Origin: Lentisphaeria bacterium
Lineage (GTDB): Bacteria > Verrucomicrobiota > Lentisphaeria > Oligosphaerales > JBFJXC01
Length of the DNA: 64,000 nt
Reading direction: 5' to 3'
Assembly (NCBI GenBank): GCA_041623325.1
Contig: JBFJXC010000001.1
Location: forward strand, 1,456 to 65,455
In this document: positions 18,140 through 25,743 of the stretch, one piece after another
How positions within the stretch are numbered: position 1 is the first letter of the stretch
Layout: every line of letters begins with the position of its first letter
Notes under the pieces: generated by a model
Databases searched by the model: none
Told to the model about the DNA's origin: nothing
The model's input: the letters and a program-made list of their open reading frames with translations, nothing else
Position numbers and translations under genes: made by a program

Positions 18140-20164
18140 CTACGGGGTGTAGATCTCGCCGCGATTCCAGGCGGCCCAGGTGGTCTCGAACCAGCTGTCG
18201 TCTTCGGGCAACGGCCGGACCGGAACCGGGGTGATCTCGAATTCGCCAGGCTGGTCTTCCAGCTGAATGGCTTCCAGAATTTCCTGGCGCTTATCCATGT
18301 TTTCGGAACGGTGGCGCAGTTCGCTGCCGCGCTTGCTGTCCACGGTCAGGTCGCCGTTTTCGTCCAGAATCATGTAGCCGCCGCGGGAGCCGCCGCCGTT
18401 TTCGATGTAGTAGCGGATGGCGTCGAGTAAGGCGATGCTGGTCAGGGCCATGAGCTTGTCCTCGGAGGCCCGGGCCAGCTGCTTGCGGCTACCGCAGGCG
18501 ATACCGTTTTCCAAGATATCCTGATACAGGGCCTTGGCTTCGGTTACGGCCTTCGTGACCCCGGCGATGTCGCGGATGAAGGCGCCGTGGGCGCTCATGC
18601 GCTCCTGGATTTCCGGACGGATTCCGCTGAGCTGCCGGGCGTTCTCTCCGGCGTTCAGGTAGCGGGTGAACTCCTCGTACTGCTCGGCGATCTGGTCGGC
18701 GACCAAGGCCTCGAAGGCCTCGGCCGGCACCGGGGATTCGCGGTAGACGTTGGCGATGTACTGGGCGGCGCGAACCGCCCCGACCTGGCCGCTGTTGAGG
18801 GCGCTGCCACCGGGGCGCACGCCATGGCTGCCGTTGAGTTCGCCGATGGCGAAAAGGTGGGGCACGTTGGTTTCCCACCAGATGTTGCCGCGAAGTCCGC
18901 CGTTGGCATGCTGGGCGCAGACGGCCACTTCCAACGGCTCGCGCAGATCCACATCATGCTCGGCGTACAGGTCGATGCTCTGCTGGTTCATGTGCTGCAG
19001 GCGGGCGTACGGGGTGTCCTGAAACGCCTCGGAACGCTCCAGGTAGACGCGGGCCTCGTCGTGGAGTTCTTCGATCTTGAACTCGGCCATGCCCTCGGCC
19101 GGGGTGGGGTTCTTCATGAAGTCCATGAAGACGCGGCGGCCGGCCGCGATCTCGCGGTCGACGGCAATGTCCACCAGCGAGCTGCCCACGTTCTGGAGAC
19201 GGGAGGCGTGGAAGGGCCACTGGTAGCCCTTCAGGAAGATGTTGGTGGCCATGGTGGGCATGTCGTCGAAGTAGTCGTGCAGGAAATAGCGCTTGTCGCT
19301 GACGCCGTCCTCGGCGGTGCTGAAGTAGTCGGGAATGACCTGCTGATAGGTTCCGGACAGGTTCCAGCGGAATTTGGTGGAGGCCAGGCCGTACTGGAGT
19401 TCGGTCAGGTTGTTGCCGATCGCGCCGGCTTCTAAGGCCAGGCCGTGGGAGCCCAGCTGCCCGTGGGGCCAGACGCTGATCTTGTACATTTCGCCGGGGC
19501 CACCGGTGGCCAGGACCACGTTTTCGGCGTTGAACAGGGTCATGCCGTAGTTGTCCTGGAAGAACTCGGTCTTGTTCAGGCAGATGGCCCCGCAGATGCG
19601 CTTGCCCTCGGAGGTTTCCGTCACCAGCAGCTTGACGGCCTCGTGGTGATCAAAAATGCTGATCTCCTTGGCCCGGACCTGCTCCAAGAGCTTTTTGAAC
19701 ATGAACATGGAGGTTTTGGGGCCGGCCGAGGTGGCGCGCTGGCGCGGATCGTGGTCGGTCTTGTAGCCGACGTAGGCGCCGAGACGGTTGAAGGGGAAGG
19801 GCACGCCGATCTTGCATAGATCGAAGAAGGCCGGAAGGGAGCCCAGGCCCTCGATGTAGGCCAGGTCGCCGTGCATCATGCCGCCTTGGAAGAGCGATTT
19901 GGCGAAGTCGATGGGGCTGTCGGCGTCCTGGCCGAAGACCCCCATTTTGTAATAAGTCTGCTTGTCGCTGCCGGCGTTGTTGCTGGTGCCATTGCCCAGC
20001 TTGTCGACCACGATGGCCACATCCTTGACGCCCTGGCTGTAGAGGGCATCGGCGCACTTGAGCCCGGCGGCTCCGGCCCCGATGATCAGAGTGTTGACCG
20101 AAACGACCGGGAAGCGGATCTCCTGTCCGTTCTCCAGCTGCAGGCTGATGGTGTCGTTTAGCAT
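18140..20164 (-). CDS. FAD-binding oxidoreductase (fumarate reductase / L-aspartate oxidase flavoprotein-like)
   Basis: 674 aa. Dinucleotide-binding motif LIIGAGAAGLKCAD, later ATGGPGE and ELNGSHGVRPGGSALN typical of FAD_binding_2 proteins. AAGGAG SD 7 nt before ATG 20164. Confidence 0.75.
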   Translation of the reverse strand: MLNDTISLQLENGQEIRFPVVSVNTLIIGAGAAGLKCADALYSQGVKDVAIVVDKLGNGTSNNAGSDKQTYYKMGVFGQDADSPIDFAKSLFQGGMMHGDLAYIEGLGSLPAFFDLCKIGVPFPFNRLGAYVGYKTDHDPRQRATSAGPKTSMFMFKKLLEQVRAKEISIFDHHEAVKLLVTETSEGKRICGAICLNKTEFFQDNYGMTLFNAENVVLATGGPGEMYKISVWPHGQLGSHGLALEAGAIGNNLTELQYGLASTKFRWNLSGTYQQVIPDYFSTAEDGVSDKRYFLHDYFDDMPTMATNIFLKGYQWPFHASRLQNVGSSLVDIAVDREIAAGRRVFMDFMKNPTPAEGMAEFKIEELHDEARVYLERSEAFQDTPYARLQHMNQQSIDLYAEHDVDLREPLEVAVCAQHANGGLRGNIWWETNVPHLFAIGELNGSHGVRPGGSALNSGQVGAVRAAQYIANVYRESPVPAEAFEALVADQIAEQYEEFTRYLNAGENARQLSGIRPEIQERMSAHGAFIRDIAGVTKAVTEAKALYQDILENGIACGSRKQLARASEDKLMALTSIALLDAIRYYIENGGGSRGGYMILDENGDLTVDSKRGSELRHRSENMDKRQEILEAIQLEDQPGEFEITPVPVRPLPEDDSWFETTWAAWNRGEIYTP

Positions 20165-20217
20165 GATTGGCTCCTTAATTCGTTGAAAATCGTTAAACCG
20201 TTGTAGTTGGTTTAAGA

Positions 20218-20318
20218 GGGTTTCGGGTGTCAGGAAAGCGGCCTGAATACTTCAACCTCATCCCTGAGTAATCGATCACGATTGCGATTACGAGCGCGAT
20301 TACGATTGTCCGAAACCC
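20218..20318 (-). repeat. Intercistronic element bounded by 9-bp inverted repeats and containing three tandem 12-mers
   Basis: GGGTTTCGG (20218-20226) and CCGAAACCC (20310-20318). Inside, read on the minus strand: TCGTAATCGCGC / TCGTAATCGCAA / TCGTGATCGATT (20270-20305). CCTGAATACT at 20242; CCTGAACACT follows at 20323. Confidence 0.7.
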
Positions 20319-20342
20319 GAGACCTGAACACTGAAACCTCCC

Positions 20343-21113
20343 CTACAGCTTCGGCACGGTCATGCCGCCGTCGACCAGGATCACCTGGCCGGTGGAGTAG
20401 GCGATATCGCCGCGGGCCATCATGGCCACGGCGCGGCCGATGTCTTCCGGGAACCCCCAGCGTTGCTGCAGGCAGAGACCTTCGGCGATCAGCTTGTCGT
20501 ACTTTTCGGTGACCACGGCGGTCATGTCGGTTTTGATCACGCCGGGCCGGACTTCGTAGACGGGGATGTCGAACTCGCCCAGGCGGGTGGCCCAGAGGCG
20601 GGTGGCCATGCTAATGCCAGCTTTGGACAGGCAGTATTCCCCGCGGCTGGGGGAGGCGACCGTGGCGGAGACCGAGGAGATGTTGACAATGCAGCCGCGG
20701 TAGGCGGGATCGGCCTTCTTGTAGGCGATCATGCGGTTGGCCACGGCCTGGGTCAGGAAGTAGGCCCCCTTGAGGTTGATGTTCATGACGAAGTCGTAGC
20801 TCTCCTCGGTTGCCTCCAGGATATCGGCCCGCACCCGGGGCGCCACTCCGGCGTTGTTGACCAGAATGTTCAGGACGCCGAATTTGGCCTCGATGGCGTC
20901 CAGAGCCGCGTTGCGGTCGGCCGCTTTGGTGATGTCGCCTCGGCAGTAGAGGACCTCGACCCCGAGGTCCCGCAGGCCCTGCATGTTCTCGGCCACCGCG
21001 TCCTCGGCATGGATGTCCATTACGGCGATGTTCACGCCGTCCTTGGCCAGACATTGGGCGATGCCGTAGCCGATGCCCCGGCCGGCTCCGGTGATCAGTG
21101 CGACTTGACTCAT
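20343..21113 (-). CDS. Short-chain dehydrogenase/reductase (SDR)
   Basis: Start at ATG 21113 with AAGGAGAG SD. TGAGRGIGYG cofactor motif, NNAG, catalytic SSVS...YCLSK (YxxxK). Confidence 0.9.
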   Translation of the reverse strand: MSQVALITGAGRGIGYGIAQCLAKDGVNIAVMDIHAEDAVAENMQGLRDLGVEVLYCRGDITKAADRNAALDAIEAKFGVLNILVNNAGVAPRVRADILEATEESYDFVMNINLKGAYFLTQAVANRMIAYKKADPAYRGCIVNISSVSATVASPSRGEYCLSKAGISMATRLWATRLGEFDIPVYEVRPGVIKTDMTAVVTEKYDKLIAEGLCLQQRWGFPEDIGRAVAMMARGDIAYSTGQVILVDGGMTVPKL

Positions 21114-21175
21114 GGCGTTGCTCTCCTTGGATTGGATGCGTACGTTCCGCACGCATACTTCTTTAATTTCTAGCA

Positions 21176-21194
21176 CCTAGGGCTGCGCCCTAGG
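21176..21194 (-). other. Intercistronic hairpin between the OYE and SDR genes
   Basis: Perfect 8-bp palindromic stem CCTAGGGC-tgc-GCCCTAGG. No U-tract, so an RNA processing or stability element is more likely than a terminator. Confidence 0.4.
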
Positions 21195-21236
21195 CTATGG
21201 TTGGCCCTGTGCCGTTGGCACAGAAAAACCTGTTTC

Positions 21237-22604
21237 CTATGGCAATCCCTTCTCCTTGGCTGCCATCCGGCCTTTCTTGAGTTGAGGCCCGTAGATCTCG
21301 CGATCGCGGACCACGCATCCGCCGCAGGCCACGCCGTCCTTCATGATCTGGCTGCACATGGAGCAGGTGGTGCAGCACTTCTTGGGATCCATCCGACCGG
21401 TGGTCAGAATGTCCCTGACTGAATCGGGATAGGCGAAGGCGCCGCGCCCTTGTCCGACCAGGGTGCACCAGCCTTCCTTGATCATGCCTGCGGCCACATA
21501 GGGCATCAGGTGCCGAAGCCAGGCTAAACCGGCCGTGGGAACCGGCAGGTTCGGGACCGTCTTCTGAATGTCCCGGATCACGTTTTGGAAGCGGACCACG
21601 CCTTCGAGCGGATATTCAGGGGGAGGGGGAGCCCCCACCAGCGAGTTGTCGTGGGGCCGGTTCATGTACGGTTGGAAGCGGGGATAGCCGATGGAAACGT
21701 TGAACAGCGGAATACCCAGTGCTTCGAGATCGCGGGACAACTGTTTGGGTTCGGTCAGGTCCAGTTGCCAAGCGTCGCCTTCGACGGGGGCCACCCCCCA
21801 GCCGTAGGGGTAGGGGCAGGGCTCGAGCGCGGTGGTCCGGGTGGTCACGAAACAGGATGGGGGCAGCTCGCTCTTCATGCGTTGGATGCATTCGCGCAGG
21901 AAGCGGGTGCGGTTTTCGAAGGAGCCGCCGTAGCGCCCGGGGCGGGTGTGCGCCCCCAGCAATTCGGCGATCAGGTAGCCATGCACCGCCTTCATGTCGA
22001 CTCCGTCGAACCCGGCGGCGGCGGCCAGCCTGGCCGAGCGGACGAAGTCGTCCTGCAGGCGGTCCAGGTAGTCGTCGTCCACCGGTTGGATGTCCTGCAT
22101 GCCGAGCATATTGTCCAGATGGGGGTTGTGCTGGACCTTCAAGGGGCTGGGAACGCCGGTCGGCTTGCTGAAGCGCCCGCTGTGGGTGAGCTGAACCACC
22201 AGTTGGACCTCGTGGCCGAACTGCTTGCGCGCCGCCTCTTTGGTTTCCTCCACCAGCCGCTTGTAGGCCTCCAAGTTCTGCGCGGTTATCTGCATCTGCT
22301 TGGGGTTGGAGCGCCCTTCGGGCAGCACGGCCACGGCCTCGGCCCAAATCAGCGAACTGCCCCCCTCCGCGAAGCGACGGTAGCGGCGATAGGTCAGTTC
22401 CGAGGGGGCGCCAGTGGCCGGATCTCCGTCCACACCCTCCATGGGCTGCACAATGAAGCGGTTGGCCAAGTGGCGGTCGCCGATGCTCACGGTTTCCCCG
22501 AGCACGCCAAGATCCTCACAGATCGGCAGATAGAGGCCCAGCTTGTCCAGTTCCGAGCGGAGGTCGTCCAGAGTGTTGAGATTGAATCGTCTGAAATCGG
22601 TCAT
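21237..22604 (-). CDS. NADH:flavin oxidoreductase (old yellow enzyme family) with C-terminal Cys cluster
   Basis: FIVQPMEG...QLTHSGRF...FDGVDMKAVHGYLIAELL TIM-barrel OYE pattern. C-terminal KKCCTTCSMCSQIMKDGVACGGC suggests an Fe-S site. Confidence 0.8.
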   Translation of the reverse strand: MTDFRRFNLNTLDDLRSELDKLGLYLPICEDLGVLGETVSIGDRHLANRFIVQPMEGVDGDPATGAPSELTYRRYRRFAEGGSSLIWAEAVAVLPEGRSNPKQMQITAQNLEAYKRLVEETKEAARKQFGHEVQLVVQLTHSGRFSKPTGVPSPLKVQHNPHLDNMLGMQDIQPVDDDYLDRLQDDFVRSARLAAAAGFDGVDMKAVHGYLIAELLGAHTRPGRYGGSFENRTRFLRECIQRMKSELPPSCFVTTRTTALEPCPYPYGWGVAPVEGDAWQLDLTEPKQLSRDLEALGIPLFNVSIGYPRFQPYMNRPHDNSLVGAPPPPEYPLEGVVRFQNVIRDIQKTVPNLPVPTAGLAWLRHLMPYVAAGMIKEGWCTLVGQGRGAFAYPDSVRDILTTGRMDPKKCCTTCSMCSQIMKDGVACGGCVVRDREIYGPQLKKGRMAAKEKGLP

Positions 22605-22645
22605 CGTTGTCCGTTGTCCGTGGTCTGTTGTCCGGTGAAAATCAT
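22601..22645 (-). CDS. Candidate 14-aa leader ORF (MIFTGQQTTDNGQR) coupled to the OYE gene
   Basis: AGGAG 7 nt upstream of ATG 22645 (an in-frame ATG also at 22648). Its TGA overlaps the OYE ATG (ATGA), and the OYE ATG has no SD of its own. Its DNA is the GGACAAC-type short repeat. Confidence 0.3.
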   Translation of the reverse strand: MIFTGQQTTDNGQR

Positions 22646-22738
22646 CATCGCGCTCCTAATCGAATCTTTGGTTTGGGGCGTCAGTGTGCGTTGTGCTGTC
22701 CAGTCCTGGTTAATAGTTGACACCTGAGACCCGATGAC

Positions 22739-22774
22739 CAGCGCGTTTACGAGCGCGATCACGATTGGGGGTCC
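22739..22774 (-). repeat. Three tandem 12-mers related to those at 20270-20305
   Basis: Minus strand TCGTGATCGCGC / TCGTAAACGCGC / TGGTCATCGGGT (third unit degenerate). A 20-nt stretch TACGAGCGCGATCACGATTG is 19/20 identical to 20290-20309. Confidence 0.65.
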
Positions 22775-22793
22775 CACTGTCCACGGTCCTTTT

Positions 22794-23390
22794 CTAAAAA
22801 CGTTTCCCCTTGGTCAGGTGGACGAGAATAAAGCTGGAATCCTCCAGCGCTTCGTAGGTATGCTCCAGAATGGCGTCGAATTGAATAGCCTGTCCGGGCT
22901 CGAGTTCATGGGTTTCGTGGGGCAGCCGGAAGCGCAGCTTCCCCTTCAGCACCCAGCAAACCTCGTAGTCGTCCTTGTGTATTTGGGGCCGGGAAACTTT
23001 GCTGCCAGCCGGGGCGCTTCCCAGCAGGCAGCGCACGTTCCCGTACTGGATTTCCTGGAAGGCGAAGCCGTCGCTGAGATGTTCGCTGGCGGTGCGTTTG
23101 TGGGCAGAGCGCGATTCGGACAGCTTCAGCAGGTCGGAGGGGTTCATTCCGAAGACGCGGCCCAGGCGGTACAGCGTGTCCAAGTTGGGTTGGCTCTGGT
23201 TGCGCTCCAGTTTGGAAATCACCGCCGCGGACACGCCGGAGCGTTCGGACACGACGGCGATGTTCAAGTTGTCGCGCTTGCGCAGTTCACGCAGCACGGC
23301 GAAATCATACATGGGAGCGGCTAGCGTTGGCATGGAGAAACGGCCTTGTAAATCCGGCGTCATGTTCTGGGGATATAAATAACTCGCCAA
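22794..23390 (-). CDS. XRE-family HTH transcriptional regulator with C-terminal cupin domain
   Basis: HTH (LRELRKRDNLNIAVVSERSGVSAAVISKLERNQSQPNLDTLYRLGRVFGM) and a cupin-like C-terminus (HKDDYEVCWVLKGKLRFRL...LEPGQAIQF). Internal ATGs at 23333 and 23312 are alternative starts. Confidence 0.85.
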   Translation of the reverse strand: MASYLYPQNMTPDLQGRFSMPTLAAPMYDFAVLRELRKRDNLNIAVVSERSGVSAAVISKLERNQSQPNLDTLYRLGRVFGMNPSDLLKLSESRSAHKRTASEHLSDGFAFQEIQYGNVRCLLGSAPAGSKVSRPQIHKDDYEVCWVLKGKLRFRLPHETHELEPGQAIQFDAILEHTYEALEDSSFILVHLTKGKRF

Positions 23391-23700
23391 AATGTATTGT
23401 CAAGGAACATTCGGTTGGGAGTGTGGAGGCGGCCGGAACGGCCGAAACAGACCCAGGTGCAGATTGAGGGCCCAGTTCCCGTCCAGCGTCCTGCATGCCG
23501 CCTGCCGTTGCAAAGGAGAGGGTGGGTCTTAGGTTATGGCTTTCCGGTTTCGATGTTGAGACCGAAAATATTGACACGTCTTGAATTTGATCTCCCTTCT
23601 CGGCACACGACGACGGAGCACGATCACGGGATGCGACGGCGACGCCAGAAATCTCAATGGCACTCTCCCGTCTCCCGGCGGCAATACACAGGAGAATCAG

Positions 23701-24333
23701 ATGCCTGTCATGGTTGACTACCGCCTCTATCTAGCCACGGATCGCGCTCTGCTGGGGGGGCGCGACTTGGTCGGAGTGGTGGAGCAGTGTCTGGAAAACG
23801 GGGTAACCGTGGTTCAGCTGCGGGAGAAGCAGTGCAGCAGCCGGGAGTTCTACGACCTCGGTCGGAAGCTTCACGAGGTGACCCGGCATTACGGGGTGCC
23901 TCTGCTGATCAACGATCGGGTGGATATCATGCTGGCCCTGGATGCCGAGGGGGTGCACGTGGGTCGGAACGACCTGCCCCTGGACAAGGTGAGGGCGCTG
24001 GCACCTGGAAAGATCGTGGGCTACACTGCGAATACCCCGGAGACGTTGCAGCATGCCGCCGCCTGCGGGGCGGACTACGTGGGCATCGGCCCGGCGTTTG
24101 GGACCTCAACCAAGACCGACACGGGGCCGGTGCTGGGGGTGGACGGCATCCGGCGCCTAGCCGGACTCAGTTCGCTTCCGGCTGTGGCCATCGGCGGAAT
24201 CGGCTTGGACAACGCTGCCTCGCTGGCGGATACGGGCGTGGATGGGATTTGTGTGATCTCTTCCATATTGGCTTCCGGGGATCCAGCGGCGGCCACCCGC
24301 GGGCTTAAGCATCGGTTTGAGCTTGGCAAATAG
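23701..24333 (+). CDS. thiE: Thiamine-phosphate synthase
   Basis: Start at ATG 23701 (AGGAGA SD). YLATDR...VVQLREK...LLINDRVDI...VHVGRNDL...DYVGIGPAFGTSTK...AIGGI typical of ThiE. Confidence 0.9.
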   Translation: MPVMVDYRLYLATDRALLGGRDLVGVVEQCLENGVTVVQLREKQCSSREFYDLGRKLHEVTRHYGVPLLINDRVDIMLALDAEGVHVGRNDLPLDKVRALAPGKIVGYTANTPETLQHAAACGADYVGIGPAFGTSTKTDTGPVLGVDGIRRLAGLSSLPAVAIGGIGLDNAASLADTGVDGICVISSILASGDPAAATRGLKHRFELGK

Positions 24334-24360
24334 CTGGCTTTCGCCGGTGGCGAAAGCCAG
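24334..24360 (+). terminator. Hairpin directly after the thiE stop (terminator-like, no U-tract)
   Basis: 11-bp stem CTGGCTTTCGC-cggtg-GCGAAAGCCAG. Confidence 0.35.
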
Positions 24361-24493
24361 GAGGCCTCATCTGGCCGTGCCGGCATGGGATAGAAGGGGG
24401 CGATGGAGATTGAAAAGTGGCTGGCCTGGTCCTATCGTGCCTGCATTGGTAGGATCGTCCGGAATAGACCATCATCTATAGGAAGGATTGAGT

Positions 24494-25597
24494 ATGATGC
24501 GCAAGCTGGCGCTGGTGTGGTTGTTCATGGTGTCTGGAGGCGTTGGGCTACTGGCCGAGCCCCCGGAGCAGGGGGTGCTCAAACCGGTGCTGATGCCCGG
24601 CGCGGATTTCGTCATGGTTGGCAATGCCCAGGCCATCCGCGGAACGCCGATCCAGAAGGATCTCAAGTCGTTTCTGGAAACCCAGCGGCAGAAATATGGC
24701 GCTGGCAATGCTTCCTCCCCTCTGTCTCTTATCGATGATTTGCGGGAGCGGCTTGGACTTCGAGAGGGAGCTCTGAAGTCGTTTGTTTTTGCCATCGATT
24801 TGGATGACATGAACGAACAGGGCACCACGCCATTCGAACAGCTCAACATCCTGTTCGGATTTGAACTGCAAGCTCCATTGGATCTGGATCGGATTACAAC
24901 CGCCATCGAGCATATGAATCGGGAGCAGCCCCACGCCATCGCCGTCCGGCATGAAACCTACGCCGGCGTCCCCTGTCTAGTGCTGACGGACAAGGCTGGC
25001 GACCAGAGTCGGCCGGTTCAACAGATTCACCTTGCCCTGATCGCCGGAAACCAGGCTTTGCTGCTGGGATCGCAAAAAGGGCTCAGACAGGCTTTGGACC
25101 GTCTGGCCGACGACCAAATGGCCGACCTTTCCGAAGCCCTTCGGGCGGTGCGCGCCGCCGCCGGTCGGGCGCATGTGCAAATGCTGTTGGTTCCGACCGC
25201 GTCCATGCGGGCCAATCTGAAGAAGCAGGCTCAGGATGTCACCTCAAAGGGCAATTTCCTGTTAGCCAAGTCCTTGGAGTTGCTGTCCGGAATGGCTGGC
25301 TCCTGCCTCTCGTTCACGGCCGCCGAGACGCTCGAGATGGCTCTGACTTTGGCCATGCAGGATGCCGGCTCGGCCCAGGCCCTGAAATTGTTTGTGGATA
25401 CGGTGGTGATGAGTATGGGCAAGTTTGCCTTGGCCGCGGCTGTGGGTCCTTCCCTGCCCATGCTGCAAACCTTCAAGACGGGTCTCAACGACAAGGCCAT
25501 GATATTCTCTCTGGCCCTGAGCCGACAGGATCTCGAGCAGTTCCGTACTCTTCGGAATAGAAAGGCCGTTTCCCAGGCCTCGCCGTCCGCCCCGTAA
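24494..25597 (+). CDS. Hypothetical secreted protein
   Basis: GGAAGGA SD 6 nt before ATG 24494, signal-peptide-like N-terminus (MMRKLALVWLFMVSGGVGLLA), consistent high GC3. No domain recognised. Confidence 0.6.
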   Translation: MMRKLALVWLFMVSGGVGLLAEPPEQGVLKPVLMPGADFVMVGNAQAIRGTPIQKDLKSFLETQRQKYGAGNASSPLSLIDDLRERLGLREGALKSFVFAIDLDDMNEQGTTPFEQLNILFGFELQAPLDLDRITTAIEHMNREQPHAIAVRHETYAGVPCLVLTDKAGDQSRPVQQIHLALIAGNQALLLGSQKGLRQALDRLADDQMADLSEALRAVRAAAGRAHVQMLLVPTASMRANLKKQAQDVTSKGNFLLAKSLELLSGMAGSCLSFTAAETLEMALTLAMQDAGSAQALKLFVDTVVMSMGKFALAAAVGPSLPMLQTFKTGLNDKAMIFSLALSRQDLEQFRTLRNRKAVSQASPSAP

Positions 25598-25652
25598 GAC
25601 CGCCAAGTTCCTGGACAGTCCAGTCACATACAGTATGAACCGCCTTCTTGAT

Positions 25653-25676
25653 TGCGGCCGTCCCGGGCCGCATTTG
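25653..25676 (+). terminator. Weak terminator-like hairpin
   Basis: TGCGGCC-gtcccg-GGCCGCA followed by TTT. Confidence 0.3.
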
Positions 25677-25743
25677 ACAGTGCTCTTGCTTCAGGATTGT
25701 GGAACCTCAGGTGCTTTAGTCAGTCCAAACAGCAGGCTCTGCA

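Noticed and set aside
21121-21160. Short palindrome ATGCGT-acgttccgc-ACGCAT upstream of the SDR start, as a regulatory site.
   Set aside because: It is only a 6-bp stem overlapping the SD region and has no second copy. That is not enough to call.
23391-23700. Possible TPP (THI-box) riboswitch in the 310-nt leader of thiE.
   Set aside because: I found only a loose resemblance: TTGAGACCGAAAA...CTTGAATTTGATC versus the consensus CUGAGA...ACCC...GAACCUGAUC. The GGGGUGC P2 strand and the GGAUAAUGCC/GCG P4-P5 pairing are absent. An Infernal scan with RF00059 would settle it.
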